Origin: Nitrospirota bacterium
Lineage (GTDB): Bacteria; Nitrospirota; UBA9217
Reading direction: 5' to 3'
Assembly: GCA_963740085.1 (NCBI GenBank)
Contig: CAVUCU010000001.1
Span: 928,001-992,000, forward strand
DNA length: 64,000 bases
Of this stretch, positions 30,545 through 40,151 are shown in pieces. Made by a program: the position numbers and the translations under genes. The notes beneath the pieces were generated by a model. That model was not told the DNA's origin and ran no database searches. It saw only the letters and a list, made by a program, of their open reading frames with translations. Numbering within the stretch: the stretch's first letter is position 1; the number at the start of each line of letters is the position of its first letter.

Positions 30545-31771
30545 CTACTGCCCGAACTGCAGCTGGCTCTCCGAGTCGATCAGGAAGTTGCCCGAGGTCA
30601 CCACCCGCTCGCCCTTTTTGATTCCCTTGAGGACCTCAACCTCGTTCTCGCCGCGCAGTCCGAGGTTGACCTCGCGCATCTCGAAGACACCCGGTTCTTT
30701 TTCCACGTAGACAATCTGACGCGTACCCGAATTCAGCACCGCGCTCCGGGGGATGACGAGTCTGGCGCCGGACGAGGTCATGATCTCGACATTCACATAC
30801 ATGTCCGGTTTGAGAACAAGCCCGGGATTCTTCATCGCGATCCGTACTTTGACCGTTCGTGTCATGGGGTCGAGCACCGGGTTGATAAAGCTCACCGCTG
30901 CGTGCATCACCTTGCCCGAAGAGTACGGCAGGGTCACCCGCGCCTGCTGACCGACCTTCACGAGCGGGACCTCATATTCATAAACATCCGCGAATATCCA
31001 GACCGCGGAAAGGTCCGCGATCTTGAACAGATTCATTCCCGGAGTGATATAGGCGCCGTCGAGCACCATCTTTTCGAGCACAATGCCGTCAAGCGGGGCA
31101 TCGATGGTCATATCCGTCTTCGTTTTTCCTGTCTTCTCGAGCGCCGCGATCTGCTCCTCGGTGATGTCCCACAGGAACAGCCTGCGCTTCGCTGCATCGA
31201 TCAACGATTGCTGCGATGCCTGGACCTCTGCAATGCCTCCTGAAGCCGTGGTCCGCGACCGCAGGGCCAGCAAATACTCCTCCTGGGCAGTGACCAGGTC
31301 GGGGCTGTAGATCGAAAGGAGCGGCTGGCCCTTGACAACCCGGTCTCCGGTAAAGTTCACAAATAATTTTTTTACCCATCCGGCTATTTTTGTGTTCACG
31401 AACGCGAGGCGGGTCTCGTCGACCTCCACCTTTCCGACGGTCCGGATCTGCCTGTCCAGCGTGCGAAACACCGCCGCTGAGGTACGCACCCCGATCAGCT
31501 GACGTTTTTCGTCGGAAAGGGTAATGGTTGGAGCTTCCGTTTCCGGCTCTGATGCCGGGGTAGTCTGCGCTTGTGTCGCCGTTGCCGCACTTTGCGTCTC
31601 TGTCCCGCGTGACAACTGGTCCTGGGCCAGTGCCGTCGTCCCGAAAGCGGTCAGCAGCATCAGGACCATGGCACAGGGTAACTTGTGGATAAATATCAAA
31701 CGTCCCACAGACCTCGGCCTTTCACTTTTCACTTTCCATTTTTCGCTTTTCAATCTCCAATTATTTCCCAT
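30545..31771 (-). CDS. cusB: RND efflux periplasmic adaptor (CusB-like)
   Basis: GWVKKL...G..V.KGQPL.SIYSPDLVTAQEEYL, TRTVKVR, LKPDMY, GNFLIDSES; GGAGG RBS before ATG 31771. Confidence 0.9.
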   Translation of the reverse strand: MGNNWRLKSEKWKVKSERPRSVGRLIFIHKLPCAMVLMLLTAFGTTALAQDQLSRGTETQSAATATQAQTTPASEPETEAPTITLSDEKRQLIGVRTSAAVFRTLDRQIRTVGKVEVDETRLAFVNTKIAGWVKKLFVNFTGDRVVKGQPLLSIYSPDLVTAQEEYLLALRSRTTASGGIAEVQASQQSLIDAAKRRLFLWDITEEQIAALEKTGKTKTDMTIDAPLDGIVLEKMVLDGAYITPGMNLFKIADLSAVWIFADVYEYEVPLVKVGQQARVTLPYSSGKVMHAAVSFINPVLDPMTRTVKVRIAMKNPGLVLKPDMYVNVEIMTSSGARLVIPRSAVLNSGTRQIVYVEKEPGVFEMREVNLGLRGENEVEVLKGIKKGERVVTSGNFLIDSESQLQFGQ

Positions 31772-33020
31772 ACTGTTCCTCCCCCGTCATTTCGCCGATC
31801 ATGGAAAGGGTCTTGTGCAGTTTCGTCAGCTCTTCCTCTTCCATCAACTGATATTTGAGCAGAAGGCTGTTGCTGTCCAAGAGGCTAAAAATATCGGTCT
31901 TGCCAACCCGGTAGTTCGCGGTGGTGGACTGGAGCGCCTGGCTCGCCTCCGGTATAATGCCCGTTTCGTAAAGTTGAAGATGGTGCTCAGAGGTCTTTAC
32001 CGCTGCATAAAGCTCCCGCACCCGCGCCAGGACAACGAGTTGGGCATTGTTGTAATCGTACCGGACCGAGTGCAGTTCCGCGTTCGCGGCCCTTACCCCG
32101 GTGGACTTGTTCCAAAAATAGAGCGGGACCTTTAACATGACGCTCGCCTGCCACACGTCCTGCCTGTCGCCCCGCGTGAACCATCCACCTGACAGGACGA
32201 AGTCGGGTAAAAACTCCTTTTTGCTCAAGGAGACGTCGAATTCGCTCTGCTCCACCATCCGCAGTTTTCCCTGGAGCAGCGGCGAATGGGCCTGCGCCAT
32301 GGCGGCAAGTTCATCGACGCTTTTCTCCAAAGAAGGTCGTGGGAGCTCGGCGGGCCTGCCCAGGGGCGCCAGGGGATCGCGGCCAACGAGCTGGTTGATC
32401 TTGGCCGCCTGCGTCTCTGTCGCGCGTTCTTCTTCCGCTATCTTGTCCAGGAGCATCAGCACCTCGAGCTGTGCGCGGAAGACGTCTTGCTGCATTCCCC
32501 GGCCGGTCCCATACCGGGTCTCGGCGATCTGTTGAAAGTTCTTCATGAGGTCCTTGGTCCGCGTAATGATCTCGGTAGAGCGGTAAGCAAGGTAGTAATC
32601 ATAGTAGGCATTCCGGAGTTCTGACAGTACACGAAGCTGCCTCTCCCGCGCGTTCTCATGTTCACGCTCGGCCACCTTTCCCGCTGAATGGCCCATGGTC
32701 GAGAGCTTGCCCGGGAACGGGACCTGCTGGGAAAAGACCACGCCCTGCATGCTCATATCGTACTGGCCCACACTCCAGGCGAACGGCGCCCCGACATTCT
32801 GGACCATGTAACCGATCATGGGATCGGGCATGGCAGCGGCAAGCGACCTCTTCTCATCAGCAGACTCCGCCTTCTTGTCCGCCATGCGGATCTCGGGATT
32901 ATTAAGAAGGGCCTCCTGCTCCAGGTCCTTAAGCGTAACGACACCGTCATCTGCCCGGGATAGCACAGGAAGCATCATGCCCATTACTATCAGTGCGCTT
33001 ATAATTATTCTACGCATCAC
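31761..33020 (-). CDS. TolC-family outer membrane efflux protein (CusC-like)
   Basis: Signal peptide, NNPEI, PDPM, SQ.VPFPGKL, YGTGRG.QQD, Y.VG; first gene of the RND cluster. Confidence 0.9.
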   Translation of the reverse strand: MMRRIIISALIVMGMMLPVLSRADDGVVTLKDLEQEALLNNPEIRMADKKAESADEKRSLAAAMPDPMIGYMVQNVGAPFAWSVGQYDMSMQGVVFSQQVPFPGKLSTMGHSAGKVAEREHENARERQLRVLSELRNAYYDYYLAYRSTEIITRTKDLMKNFQQIAETRYGTGRGMQQDVFRAQLEVLMLLDKIAEEERATETQAAKINQLVGRDPLAPLGRPAELPRPSLEKSVDELAAMAQAHSPLLQGKLRMVEQSEFDVSLSKKEFLPDFVLSGGWFTRGDRQDVWQASVMLKVPLYFWNKSTGVRAANAELHSVRYDYNNAQLVVLARVRELYAAVKTSEHHLQLYETGIIPEASQALQSTTANYRVGKTDIFSLLDSNSLLLKYQLMEEEELTKLHKTLSMIGEMTGEEQYGK

Positions 33021-33040
33021 TTCCTCCTGGGTAGTATATA

Positions 33041-33056
33041 TGCAAAGTGCTGACCA
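33041..33056 (-). promoter_or_regulatory. sigma54 (-24/-12) promoter candidate for tolC-cusBA
   Basis: TGGTCAGCACTTTGCA with exact GG-N10-GC spacing just upstream of the RBS. Confidence 0.5.
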
Positions 33057-33325
33057 AAGTAAATGAACCCGGAAATCAACGAATTAATATCTGTTCAGTA
33101 TACGAGGGAAGACTTAGCTGCATGGCATGGCGAGCAGGATGCAGATTTCCATACATATTACTATAACACAAAAAGAGGGCGCTCGTGCTTATGCACAGCG
33201 CCCTGTCCACTACTATCGCCAGTATGCGAGCAGGCCGGTAAGCCATCAAGCACCTGGTCAGTTTATTCGCTTACCGCTTTCAAGCTTGCTCGCTTATTCT
33301 CTTCCCGGCTCATGGCGGATTTCGA

Positions 33326-33724
33326 CTATCGCGCGTCAAGGTTAAATGTGGCGGTTGCCGGGGCATTTCCCGGTCGTACCACGGTGACCTCAGTCTTCCA
33401 CGTGCCCTCCATGGCAGGGTTTGCTTTAAACTGATAAACATCGCCATTAAGGACAAGTTTGGGATTCGATGTCATGGGCGCCATACCCGGCATGGGCGGC
33501 ATGAAGAAACGCACCTTGACCTTGGCATCCGTTACTGCCTTGCCCGATCCGTTCGTGACCTTCACGCTCAGTTCATTATCACCCTTCACCAGCGGGTAAC
33601 TGCCGACCGAAAGCGCTATCGTCAAACCGGCCGTTGTTTTTTGAACTTCATATGCCCATGATACCCCGACCGCCAGCGCGAAGATCATGATTACTGCCAG
33701 TGTTATAAGAGAGAACTTTTTCAT
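33326..33724 (-). CDS. YtkA/FixH-like periplasmic Met-rich metal-binding protein
   Basis: Signal peptide, G.NE..V.V....G..V.DA.V...MPPMPGMAPM, G.Y......MEGTW. Confidence 0.82.
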   Translation of the reverse strand: MKKFSLITLAVIMIFALAVGVSWAYEVQKTTAGLTIALSVGSYPLVKGDNELSVKVTNGSGKAVTDAKVKVRFFMPPMPGMAPMTSNPKLVLNGDVYQFKANPAMEGTWKTEVTVVRPGNAPATATFNLDAR

Positions 33725-33889
33725 AAAAATTACGTCCTTTCATATGAGATTTTTGGACTAACTTAAGTTATGGAAACATTTCCGCATCGTTGCACACACG
33801 TTGATCGACACGAAAGTTCCTCTCCATCACGAACATTACAACCTCACCTCTTTCGATCGTCATTGTATTACCTTCTTGCCAGTATGAAA

Positions 33890-33905
33890 TGCAAGACGCG
33901 GGCCA
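33890..33905 (-). promoter_or_regulatory. sigma54 (-24/-12) promoter candidate for YtkA/cus cluster
   Basis: TGGCCCGCGTCTTGCA matches TGGCAC-N5-TTGCW with exact spacing. Confidence 0.6.
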
Positions 33906-34498
33906 GAAAGCTTTTGTGATAAAAATGATTAAAAATCAGTCTGTTGCAAAAAACTGCCGGTTGACCGGGTGGTCGGAATGAAGCATCTGACTGATGGGAT
34001 GTAGGATTTACTACAGTGGAAGATTAAGCAAAGAGGCAAATAAAGTTCAGGACATTCTTCAATAACGCTACCTGAGCGAAGAATCGGCGGCGCTGTTGCG
34101 CTGCTCCTCAGATCATTTGATCCCAAAGGGATCTCGATATATTCATACGAAGATAGCGCTGCAATGTGAGTTGTTGCATTATTCGAATGTTCACGATAGA
34201 AGGAATTATTACGGTAAGTTCTTTCGTATTTTAGTTGAAACGGCTTTTCTCACCACGGGGACGCGGAGACACAGAGGATTGATGTTATTTTATTACGGAG
34301 TGTTAAGAGTAGCGTCTTTTTGTAATTCTCTAAAAGGCCCCGTCAGCGCAGAAGGCCCCGGCAAAGGTCAAGAAGGCCAGGCATGGAAAGAAACACAAGC
34401 ATGAAGCAGCTCCGGCAACGACAGGCTCGGCAACAAAGTAGTGTTCCTCAATACCGCTAATTTAATACTAAGCGGAAAAAGTCATAAACTATGAAAAG

Positions 34499-34532
34499 CA
34501 AAGGGCCCGTCATAATTGACAGGCCCTTTTTT
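34499..34532. terminator. bidirectional terminator after cpoB
   Basis: AAAGGGCCCGTCA-TAAT-TGACAGGCCCTTTTTT. Confidence 0.7.
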
Positions 34533-34591
34533 CAATGAAGGTGTTTCACGTGTAACTGATATGCGAACTATTCGAAACAATTTTGAAACAT

Positions 34592-35434
34592 TTATTTGCC
34601 TATTTTATGCAGCCGGTCCGCTGCAATCTGCGCTTCGGTAGTCCCGGGATGTTCTTTAATGACCGCGTTGAGGTACTCCTTGGCCTTGGCAGTTTTCCTC
34701 TCGTTCAGGTAGGACAGGCCGATCTTGAGCTTGGCACCAGGCACCTTGTCGCTTTTGGGATAGGAGGTGATGACCGATTCAAAGGCCTCGATGGCCCTGG
34801 TGAAGTCCTTCTTTGAAGAGTAGCACTCACCGATCCAGTACTGGGCGGCGGCAGCCAGGTTGGTGTCCGGAAACTGGGCAATGTAATTTTGAAAACCGGC
34901 GAGTGCCAGGTCGAAATTTCCCTTGTCGAAATCGTTCTTTGCCTGGCGGTAGGCCTCGGAGGGCTCCACGGTCTTCGGGGCGGATCCTTTGTCCCTGCTA
35001 GGCTCGGTCCCGGTCTGAGCGGTCGCGGCCATCGAGGTCCCGGCGTTTACCTGTTTGACCTTTGTCTCGAGTTCCTCAATCCGCGCATTGAGCTCCGCTA
35101 TTTTTACGCTCTTGTCGTCAAGTTTCTGCGCAAGCTCCGCGATATGGAAGTTGTTCTCCTCGAGTTTGCCTTGGAGGATCTGGATATCCGTGGCCAGTTG
35201 GTCCGATCTTGCGCCGTAATCGGCCAACGACCTCTCAATGTCACTCGTTCCCTTGACGTTTGTATTGAGGGAGTCAAGGCGCTTCTGCATACGCAGGATT
35301 TGCTCCCTCGTGGCCCTCGTATCCTCACGCTGCGTGGACATGTCAGAGTTCATCTTTACGATCTCCGACTGGGGAACGCATGCGGCCAGCAGCAACAAGC
35401 CGCTGGTGATGGCAAGAAATGTCTTGGTTGTCAT
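34592..35434 (-). CDS. cpoB: Tol-Pal system protein YbgF/CpoB (lipoprotein, coiled coil + TPR)
   Basis: LAAC lipobox, coiled coil, AQYWIGECY, YPKSDKVPGAKLKIG; directly after pal. Confidence 0.9.
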   Translation of the reverse strand: MTTKTFLAITSGLLLLAACVPQSEIVKMNSDMSTQREDTRATREQILRMQKRLDSLNTNVKGTSDIERSLADYGARSDQLATDIQILQGKLEENNFHIAELAQKLDDKSVKIAELNARIEELETKVKQVNAGTSMAATAQTGTEPSRDKGSAPKTVEPSEAYRQAKNDFDKGNFDLALAGFQNYIAQFPDTNLAAAAQYWIGECYSSKKDFTRAIEAFESVITSYPKSDKVPGAKLKIGLSYLNERKTAKAKEYLNAVIKEHPGTTEAQIAADRLHKIGK

Positions 35435-35560
35435 CGTGTTTTTTCCAAATATGAAATGATAGCGAATGGGGATCGGCAACGCCGCTCATGGAAAGCGAGG
35501 AAGGGAAATCCGAGGATGTCCCGTCGAATTTCCCTTCCCCGTTCCATGATAATTTCTATC

Positions 35561-36106
35561 CTACTCGGTCACTCCGATAAAATCGTCTCTCCGGTTTTTC
35601 TGCCAGCAGGCTTCACTGTCCTCACCGCAGACGGGTTTTTCCTTTCCGTAGCTGATGAGCGAGATCCGTTTCGCGGAAATACCCATATCGACGAGATACT
35701 TCTTTGCGCTTGCCGCGCGTCGCTGGCCGAGTGCCTGGTTGTATTCCTTGGTTCCGCGTTCGTCGCAATTTCCCTCGATCTTGACGTTTACTTTGGGATT
35801 GGTCTTGAGCCATTCCGCGTTCGCCGCCATCACGGCCCTGGCGTCATTGCGAACAAAGGACCGGTCGAAATCGAAGTAGATGGGCTGCAGACCCGCTGCT
35901 GCGTGCTCCATGGTTTCCTCTTTTATCGCCGGCTTCGCCGGTTCCTCTTTCATTACAGCAGGCGCTGCCGGCTCGGCAACAGGCTCCGCTGCCTTCGGGG
36001 TCTCCGGTGCTGTGGTCACCTGTGCCTTCTTGGGGCAGCCCCACAAGGCAAACAAGCTAAGCAATACAATTACACCCAGCAAAAAAAACCGTTTGTTCTT
36101 CATCAT
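35561..36106 (-). CDS. pal: peptidoglycan-associated lipoprotein
   Basis: LWGC lipobox, IYFDFD, IEGNCDERGTKEYNQALGQRRA, SYGKEKP, NRR. Confidence 0.95.
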   Translation of the reverse strand: MMKNKRFFLLGVIVLLSLFALWGCPKKAQVTTAPETPKAAEPVAEPAAPAVMKEEPAKPAIKEETMEHAAAGLQPIYFDFDRSFVRNDARAVMAANAEWLKTNPKVNVKIEGNCDERGTKEYNQALGQRRAASAKKYLVDMGISAKRISLISYGKEKPVCGEDSEACWQKNRRDDFIGVTE

Positions 36107-36324
36107 GATCCTCCTTGACAATATGAGAGTACTCTGTATTTGTTGTCGAAAAAAGTACGAGGTGACGCGTCAGATACTGTTCCCAACCGCCGTTTAATTG
36201 CCGTTAACATAGCATACAAGCCGGATGATGTCAACGGGAAAGGGCTGTTTGAGCCTTGATAATTCTCTCCGGGCAACATTGTGATCCATATCACGAATGT
36301 CTGAGTGTACCTTCTTCCATTATT

Positions 36325-36404
36325 CACCGCCGAGACGCGGAGACACGGAGAGATGCAGATCGAAAAATAATAGGATTTTCTCTGAGCTCTGCGTCTCAGC
36401 GGTT
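36325..36404. repeat. CACGGAG/CTCTGCG-family palindrome
   Basis: CACCGCCGAGACGCGGAGACACGGAGAG...CTCTGAGCTCTGCGTCTCAGCGGT. Confidence 0.7.
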
Positions 36405-36450
36405 AAATTCGACATTAACGAAACCATGAATCGCGCAAATATTTTTCATT

Positions 36451-36960
36451 TTACCAACGGTTCTCGTGGACCCGCGAGCCGTCGAAGCGGTCCCCTGCCT
36501 TCTTTTCCTCGGCAGGAAAGCCGATCGGGATGAGCGAAAAAGGTACGATATGGCCCGGCAATTTCAGAAGCTTCTGAAGATTCAGTACCCGGTCCTCAGT
36601 GGGATAGACACCGCACCATACCGCACCGAGCCCCCTGGCGTGGACCGCGAGCAGCACGTTCTCCGTTGCAGCGGCGCAGTCGAGCACCCAGTACCCCTTG
36701 TGTTTCTCGAGCGTTTCGTCTCCGCACACGAGAATGGCAACTCCCGCCTGCTTCAACATTGCGGAATACGGGTGGAACTTCGGGATCTCATCGAGCACTG
36801 CCCGTTCGGTCAGGACGATAAAGTGCCAGGGCCGCTCATTCCCTGCCGACGGAGCGCTCATCGCCGCATGCAAGATCTCGTTGATCACCTCCCGGGATAC
36901 CGGCTTAGGCGTATATTGGCGTATGCTTTTCCGCGAAAGAATCGACTCCATCGTCCCCAT
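36451..36960 (-). CDS. nitroreductase family protein
   Basis: RKSIRQY, APSAGNERPWHF, DCAAATENVLLA..GLGAVW. Confidence 0.93.
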   Translation of the reverse strand: MGTMESILSRKSIRQYTPKPVSREVINEILHAAMSAPSAGNERPWHFIVLTERAVLDEIPKFHPYSAMLKQAGVAILVCGDETLEKHKGYWVLDCAAATENVLLAVHARGLGAVWCGVYPTEDRVLNLQKLLKLPGHIVPFSLIPIGFPAEEKKAGDRFDGSRVHENRW

Positions 36961-37461
36961 TCTCGTTCACCTTCCTTTCCGACCAAGCTCTATTCCGCAT
37001 CGACAACCCCGCTCCCTGCAGAACACGTTCCGCCAGCGAACAGTGCCTTCATTTTGAAAAACCTTCCTCACCCGGCCATCTCCGGCCACGGGAGAGAGTT
37101 GTCGCTCATCCCCTTGACGGAGGAGTGCGGGGAAGGCGAAAAGCCTTGTATGTCCTTAAGTTCATGGGCGATCCATAAAAAATCTCATGCCGATTAACCA
37201 CGAATGTAATCATATCACAAAAAAGCACCGTGATACGGGGTTGCGTACCTTTCGATCAGGCGGGTCCTTTCCGCATCTGCATGCCATTCTTTTTTCTCCA
37301 TGCTCAAGCAATAAAACCTTGTCCTGAATAATTTATGTAGTAAACCGTAATCGTCCGATAACGCACACGGTGTATCTTCACGTAGTTTTCAAGTCATACC
37401 ATGATGTCGATTAGACAATCGCAACAAGCACTAGGCGCTCTTCTGTTTTGTCCAAATGGAT

Positions 37462-37547
37462 GTCATTCCCGAGGATTTAATCGGGAATCCGGTTTTTTAA
37501 AAACCAAGAACAAAACCATATCCCCGATAGAAACATTCGGGGATGAC
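37462..37547. repeat. GTCATTCCCG..CGGGAATC / ATCCCCG..CGGGGATGAC double-hairpin REP-like element
   Basis: Two hairpins bounded by GTCAT...ATGAC terminal inverted repeat. Confidence 0.7.
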
Positions 37548-37657
37548 GGATTCTATCAGGGAGGGAGCAGCGGAAGTATACATCGTGTAACTCAATCCTT
37601 TCTCCGTGTCTCCGTTGTTGGTTCTTACGTTGCGAATTCTCTTTTGAGGAGGTTGCC

Positions 37658-38071
37658 ATGGCTTCTAAAAAAACGATCATTGCTGAGAACGTCCAGGACT
37701 GTCTCAATAAATCAGACTGGGGGGCCGCCATTGCCGAGATGGAAAAACTGTTCGCCATCGACCAGGACCCGCATATCAGGGTGAGGATCGGCGACGCCCG
37801 GCGGAAGCTCAACCGGATTCGCGCGGCGATAAGGGAATATATTCGCGCCGCCGACCTGTTTGCAGAAAGGGGGTTCGTGGTCAAGGCGCTGGCGCAATAC
37901 AATCTGGCCTTGAGGCTCGATTCCTCGAATACGTACGCCCGTACAAGGATAGAGACGCTGGAGATGCTTCGCCCGGCAAGGGCGGTCACGAGGCTTACCA
38001 ATGAACCGATGGAATATTGCCCGCCCCAGCCGCTCGGAAGCCGTTTTGAGGTCCAGGGACGATGCTCATGA
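37658..38071 (+). CDS. TPR-like hypothetical protein
   Basis: GAGGAGG RBS; AAIAEMEKL..DP..R.RIGD...AI.EY..AA.LF..RGF..KA.A.Y..AL helical repeats. Confidence 0.7.
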   Translation: MASKKTIIAENVQDCLNKSDWGAAIAEMEKLFAIDQDPHIRVRIGDARRKLNRIRAAIREYIRAADLFAERGFVVKALAQYNLALRLDSSNTYARTRIETLEMLRPARAVTRLTNEPMEYCPPQPLGSRFEVQGRCS

Positions 38072-38153
38072 TCCTGGAAACGGCATACCTCAGATTAAGT
38101 CGGATATGTCCGGTCCGTCCCTGTCAAATTGCAATGTCAGGATAATCCGGACC

Positions 38154-39896
38154 TCAGCAGTACAGCGGATCGGCGCAGGTGAGCACCTGCTCACGCTTGC
38201 TCCCGCTCCGGAAAATGGTTATTCCTTTCACCCCTTCCCGGTAGGCAAGCAGGAAGGCCTGACGGATATCCGCCCTGGTCGCCTGGGGCGGGAAGTTGAT
38301 GGTTTTCGATACGGCGTTGTCAGTATGGCGCTGGAATGCCGCCTGCATGCGAACGTGCCACTCCGGCGCAATGTCGAAGGCGGTCACAAACAACCGCTTG
38401 ACGTCAGGTGGAACATCGCTCATCGTCTGGATGGATTCTCCGGCAGTGACGCGCACGAGAAGTTGATCGGTATAAAAACCCCGCTTTTTTGCCATTTCAA
38501 TCAACGGGGCATATACCTCGGGCAGATCAACATTGCCGAGGACATGGCGCATGAACGACAAGGCAAAGACCGGCTCGATCCCGCTCGAACAGCCCGCTAT
38601 GATGGACAATGTTCCCGTGGGGGCAACGGTCGTCACGGTCGCGTTCCTGAGTCTTGGGCCGTGCTCACGATCGTATTTGCTTCCCGGATAGTGCGGGAAC
38701 ACGCCGCGCTCGCGTGCAAGCTCTTCGGATTTTTCTCTTCCCTCGGTCTTGAGGAACTTCATGATCTGTTCGCCGGTCTTGACAGCCTCTTCGGAATCGT
38801 AGGGGATGCCAAGCCTGATGAGCATGTCCGCGAAGCCCATCACCCCAAGGCCGATCTTGCGGTTGCCTTTTGCCATGCGGTCTATCTGGTCGAGCGGATA
38901 ACGGCTCATGTCGATCACATTGTCCAAAAAATGCACGGCGGTCCGCACGGTCTTCTTAAGTTTGTCCCAATCGATCTCGTATCCTCCGTTCGTCTCGTTC
39001 ATCATCAGCGCGAGATTGATCGAACCGAGGTTGCACGGCTCGTACGGGAGCAGCGGCTGTTCTCCGCACGGATTGGTGCTCTCCATCTCGCCCAGGAGCG
39101 GGGTCGGGTTGTCGCGATTGATCCGGTCGAAGAACACCAGGCCGGGATCGCCGGTCTTCCACGCCATTTCCACGATTGTTTCGAAGATATCGCGGGCCTT
39201 GAGCGTTTTGACCACGACCTGGTTATGTGGGTTCACCAGGGGCAGATCCCCGTCCGATTCCACGGCCCGCATGAAACCCTCATTCACTGCCACGGATATG
39301 TTGAAGTTCGAAAGCTCCCGGTTGTCAACCTTACAGGAGATGAACTCGATGATGTCAGGATGGTCCACGCGCAGGATGCCCATATTCGCGCCACGACGGG
39401 TTCCTCCCTGTTTGATCACCTCGGTGGCCATGTTGAAGACCCGCATGAACGAGACCGGACCGCTCGCCGCCCCGCTGGTGCTGCGCACGGTATCGTCCTT
39501 GGGCCGCAGGTTGCTGAACGAGAATCCCGTCCCCCCGCCGCTCTGATGGATCAGTGCGGTTTCCTTGACCGCATCAAAGATGGATTCAAGAGAATCTTCC
39601 ACCGGGAGCACAAAACAGGCCGCGAGCTGCTGGAGCGGACGCCCGGCGTTCATCAGGGTGGGGGAATTGGGGAGAAATTCGAGGCGCGAAAGGATATGGT
39701 AAAACTCATTTTCAGTTTTGTTCAGGTCCGCATGGCCATCATACAGGAGGTCGGCCTGGGCTACGTTGTTCGCCACCCTTCGAAACATTTCCTCGGGCGA
39801 CTCCACCACGTTGCTGTGTTCGTCCCTCTTGAGATACCGGTGGCTGAGGACGGTCAGGGCGTTGGGAGTGAGCGTGTGTGGTGGTTTAAGTGACAT
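38154..39896 (-). CDS. nrdJ: class II ribonucleotide reductase, second intact short copy
   Basis: [40 protein letters not shown]; ends in C-x5-C pair; no TSCPD domain. Confidence 0.93.
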   Translation of the reverse strand: MSLKPPHTLTPNALTVLSHRYLKRDEHSNVVESPEEMFRRVANNVAQADLLYDGHADLNKTENEFYHILSRLEFLPNSPTLMNAGRPLQQLAACFVLPVEDSLESIFDAVKETALIHQSGGGTGFSFSNLRPKDDTVRSTSGAASGPVSFMRVFNMATEVIKQGGTRRGANMGILRVDHPDIIEFISCKVDNRELSNFNISVAVNEGFMRAVESDGDLPLVNPHNQVVVKTLKARDIFETIVEMAWKTGDPGLVFFDRINRDNPTPLLGEMESTNPCGEQPLLPYEPCNLGSINLALMMNETNGGYEIDWDKLKKTVRTAVHFLDNVIDMSRYPLDQIDRMAKGNRKIGLGVMGFADMLIRLGIPYDSEEAVKTGEQIMKFLKTEGREKSEELARERGVFPHYPGSKYDREHGPRLRNATVTTVAPTGTLSIIAGCSSGIEPVFALSFMRHVLGNVDLPEVYAPLIEMAKKRGFYTDQLLVRVTAGESIQTMSDVPPDVKRLFVTAFDIAPEWHVRMQAAFQRHTDNAVSKTINFPPQATRADIRQAFLLAYREGVKGITIFRSGSKREQVLTCADPLYC

Positions 39897-40151
39897 GGCG
39901 CAACCTCCTCTCTTTGTATTTTACCACGCACTGAGGAGGAATGAGCGCAATCGTGCGCCGGTCATGGATCAGAGGACAGACTTATATCGTATAACGGACT
40001 ACCGGGAGTAGCCTCATTTTTTAGATCTGATTAATCCGGATCAATTTAAGAGGCTCTGATTTTAAATCGTCAAAAGTTTCCCGTGCCCTTCCCCGTGCCT
40101 CTGTGTCTCCGCGGTTATACCTGATTTTCGACTTTTTTCACATGAACCGAT

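Noticed and set aside
37055-37150. Possible cobalamin riboswitch near nrdJ-2 or the nitroreductase
   Set aside because: Lacks the GGGAA/GCCCCCGC/GCCACTG/AGYCAG core; looks like degenerate REP-type hairpins.
39944-39962. sigma54 promoter upstream of nrdJ-2 (CGGCGCACGATTGC)
   Set aside because: GG-to-GC spacing is one base short.
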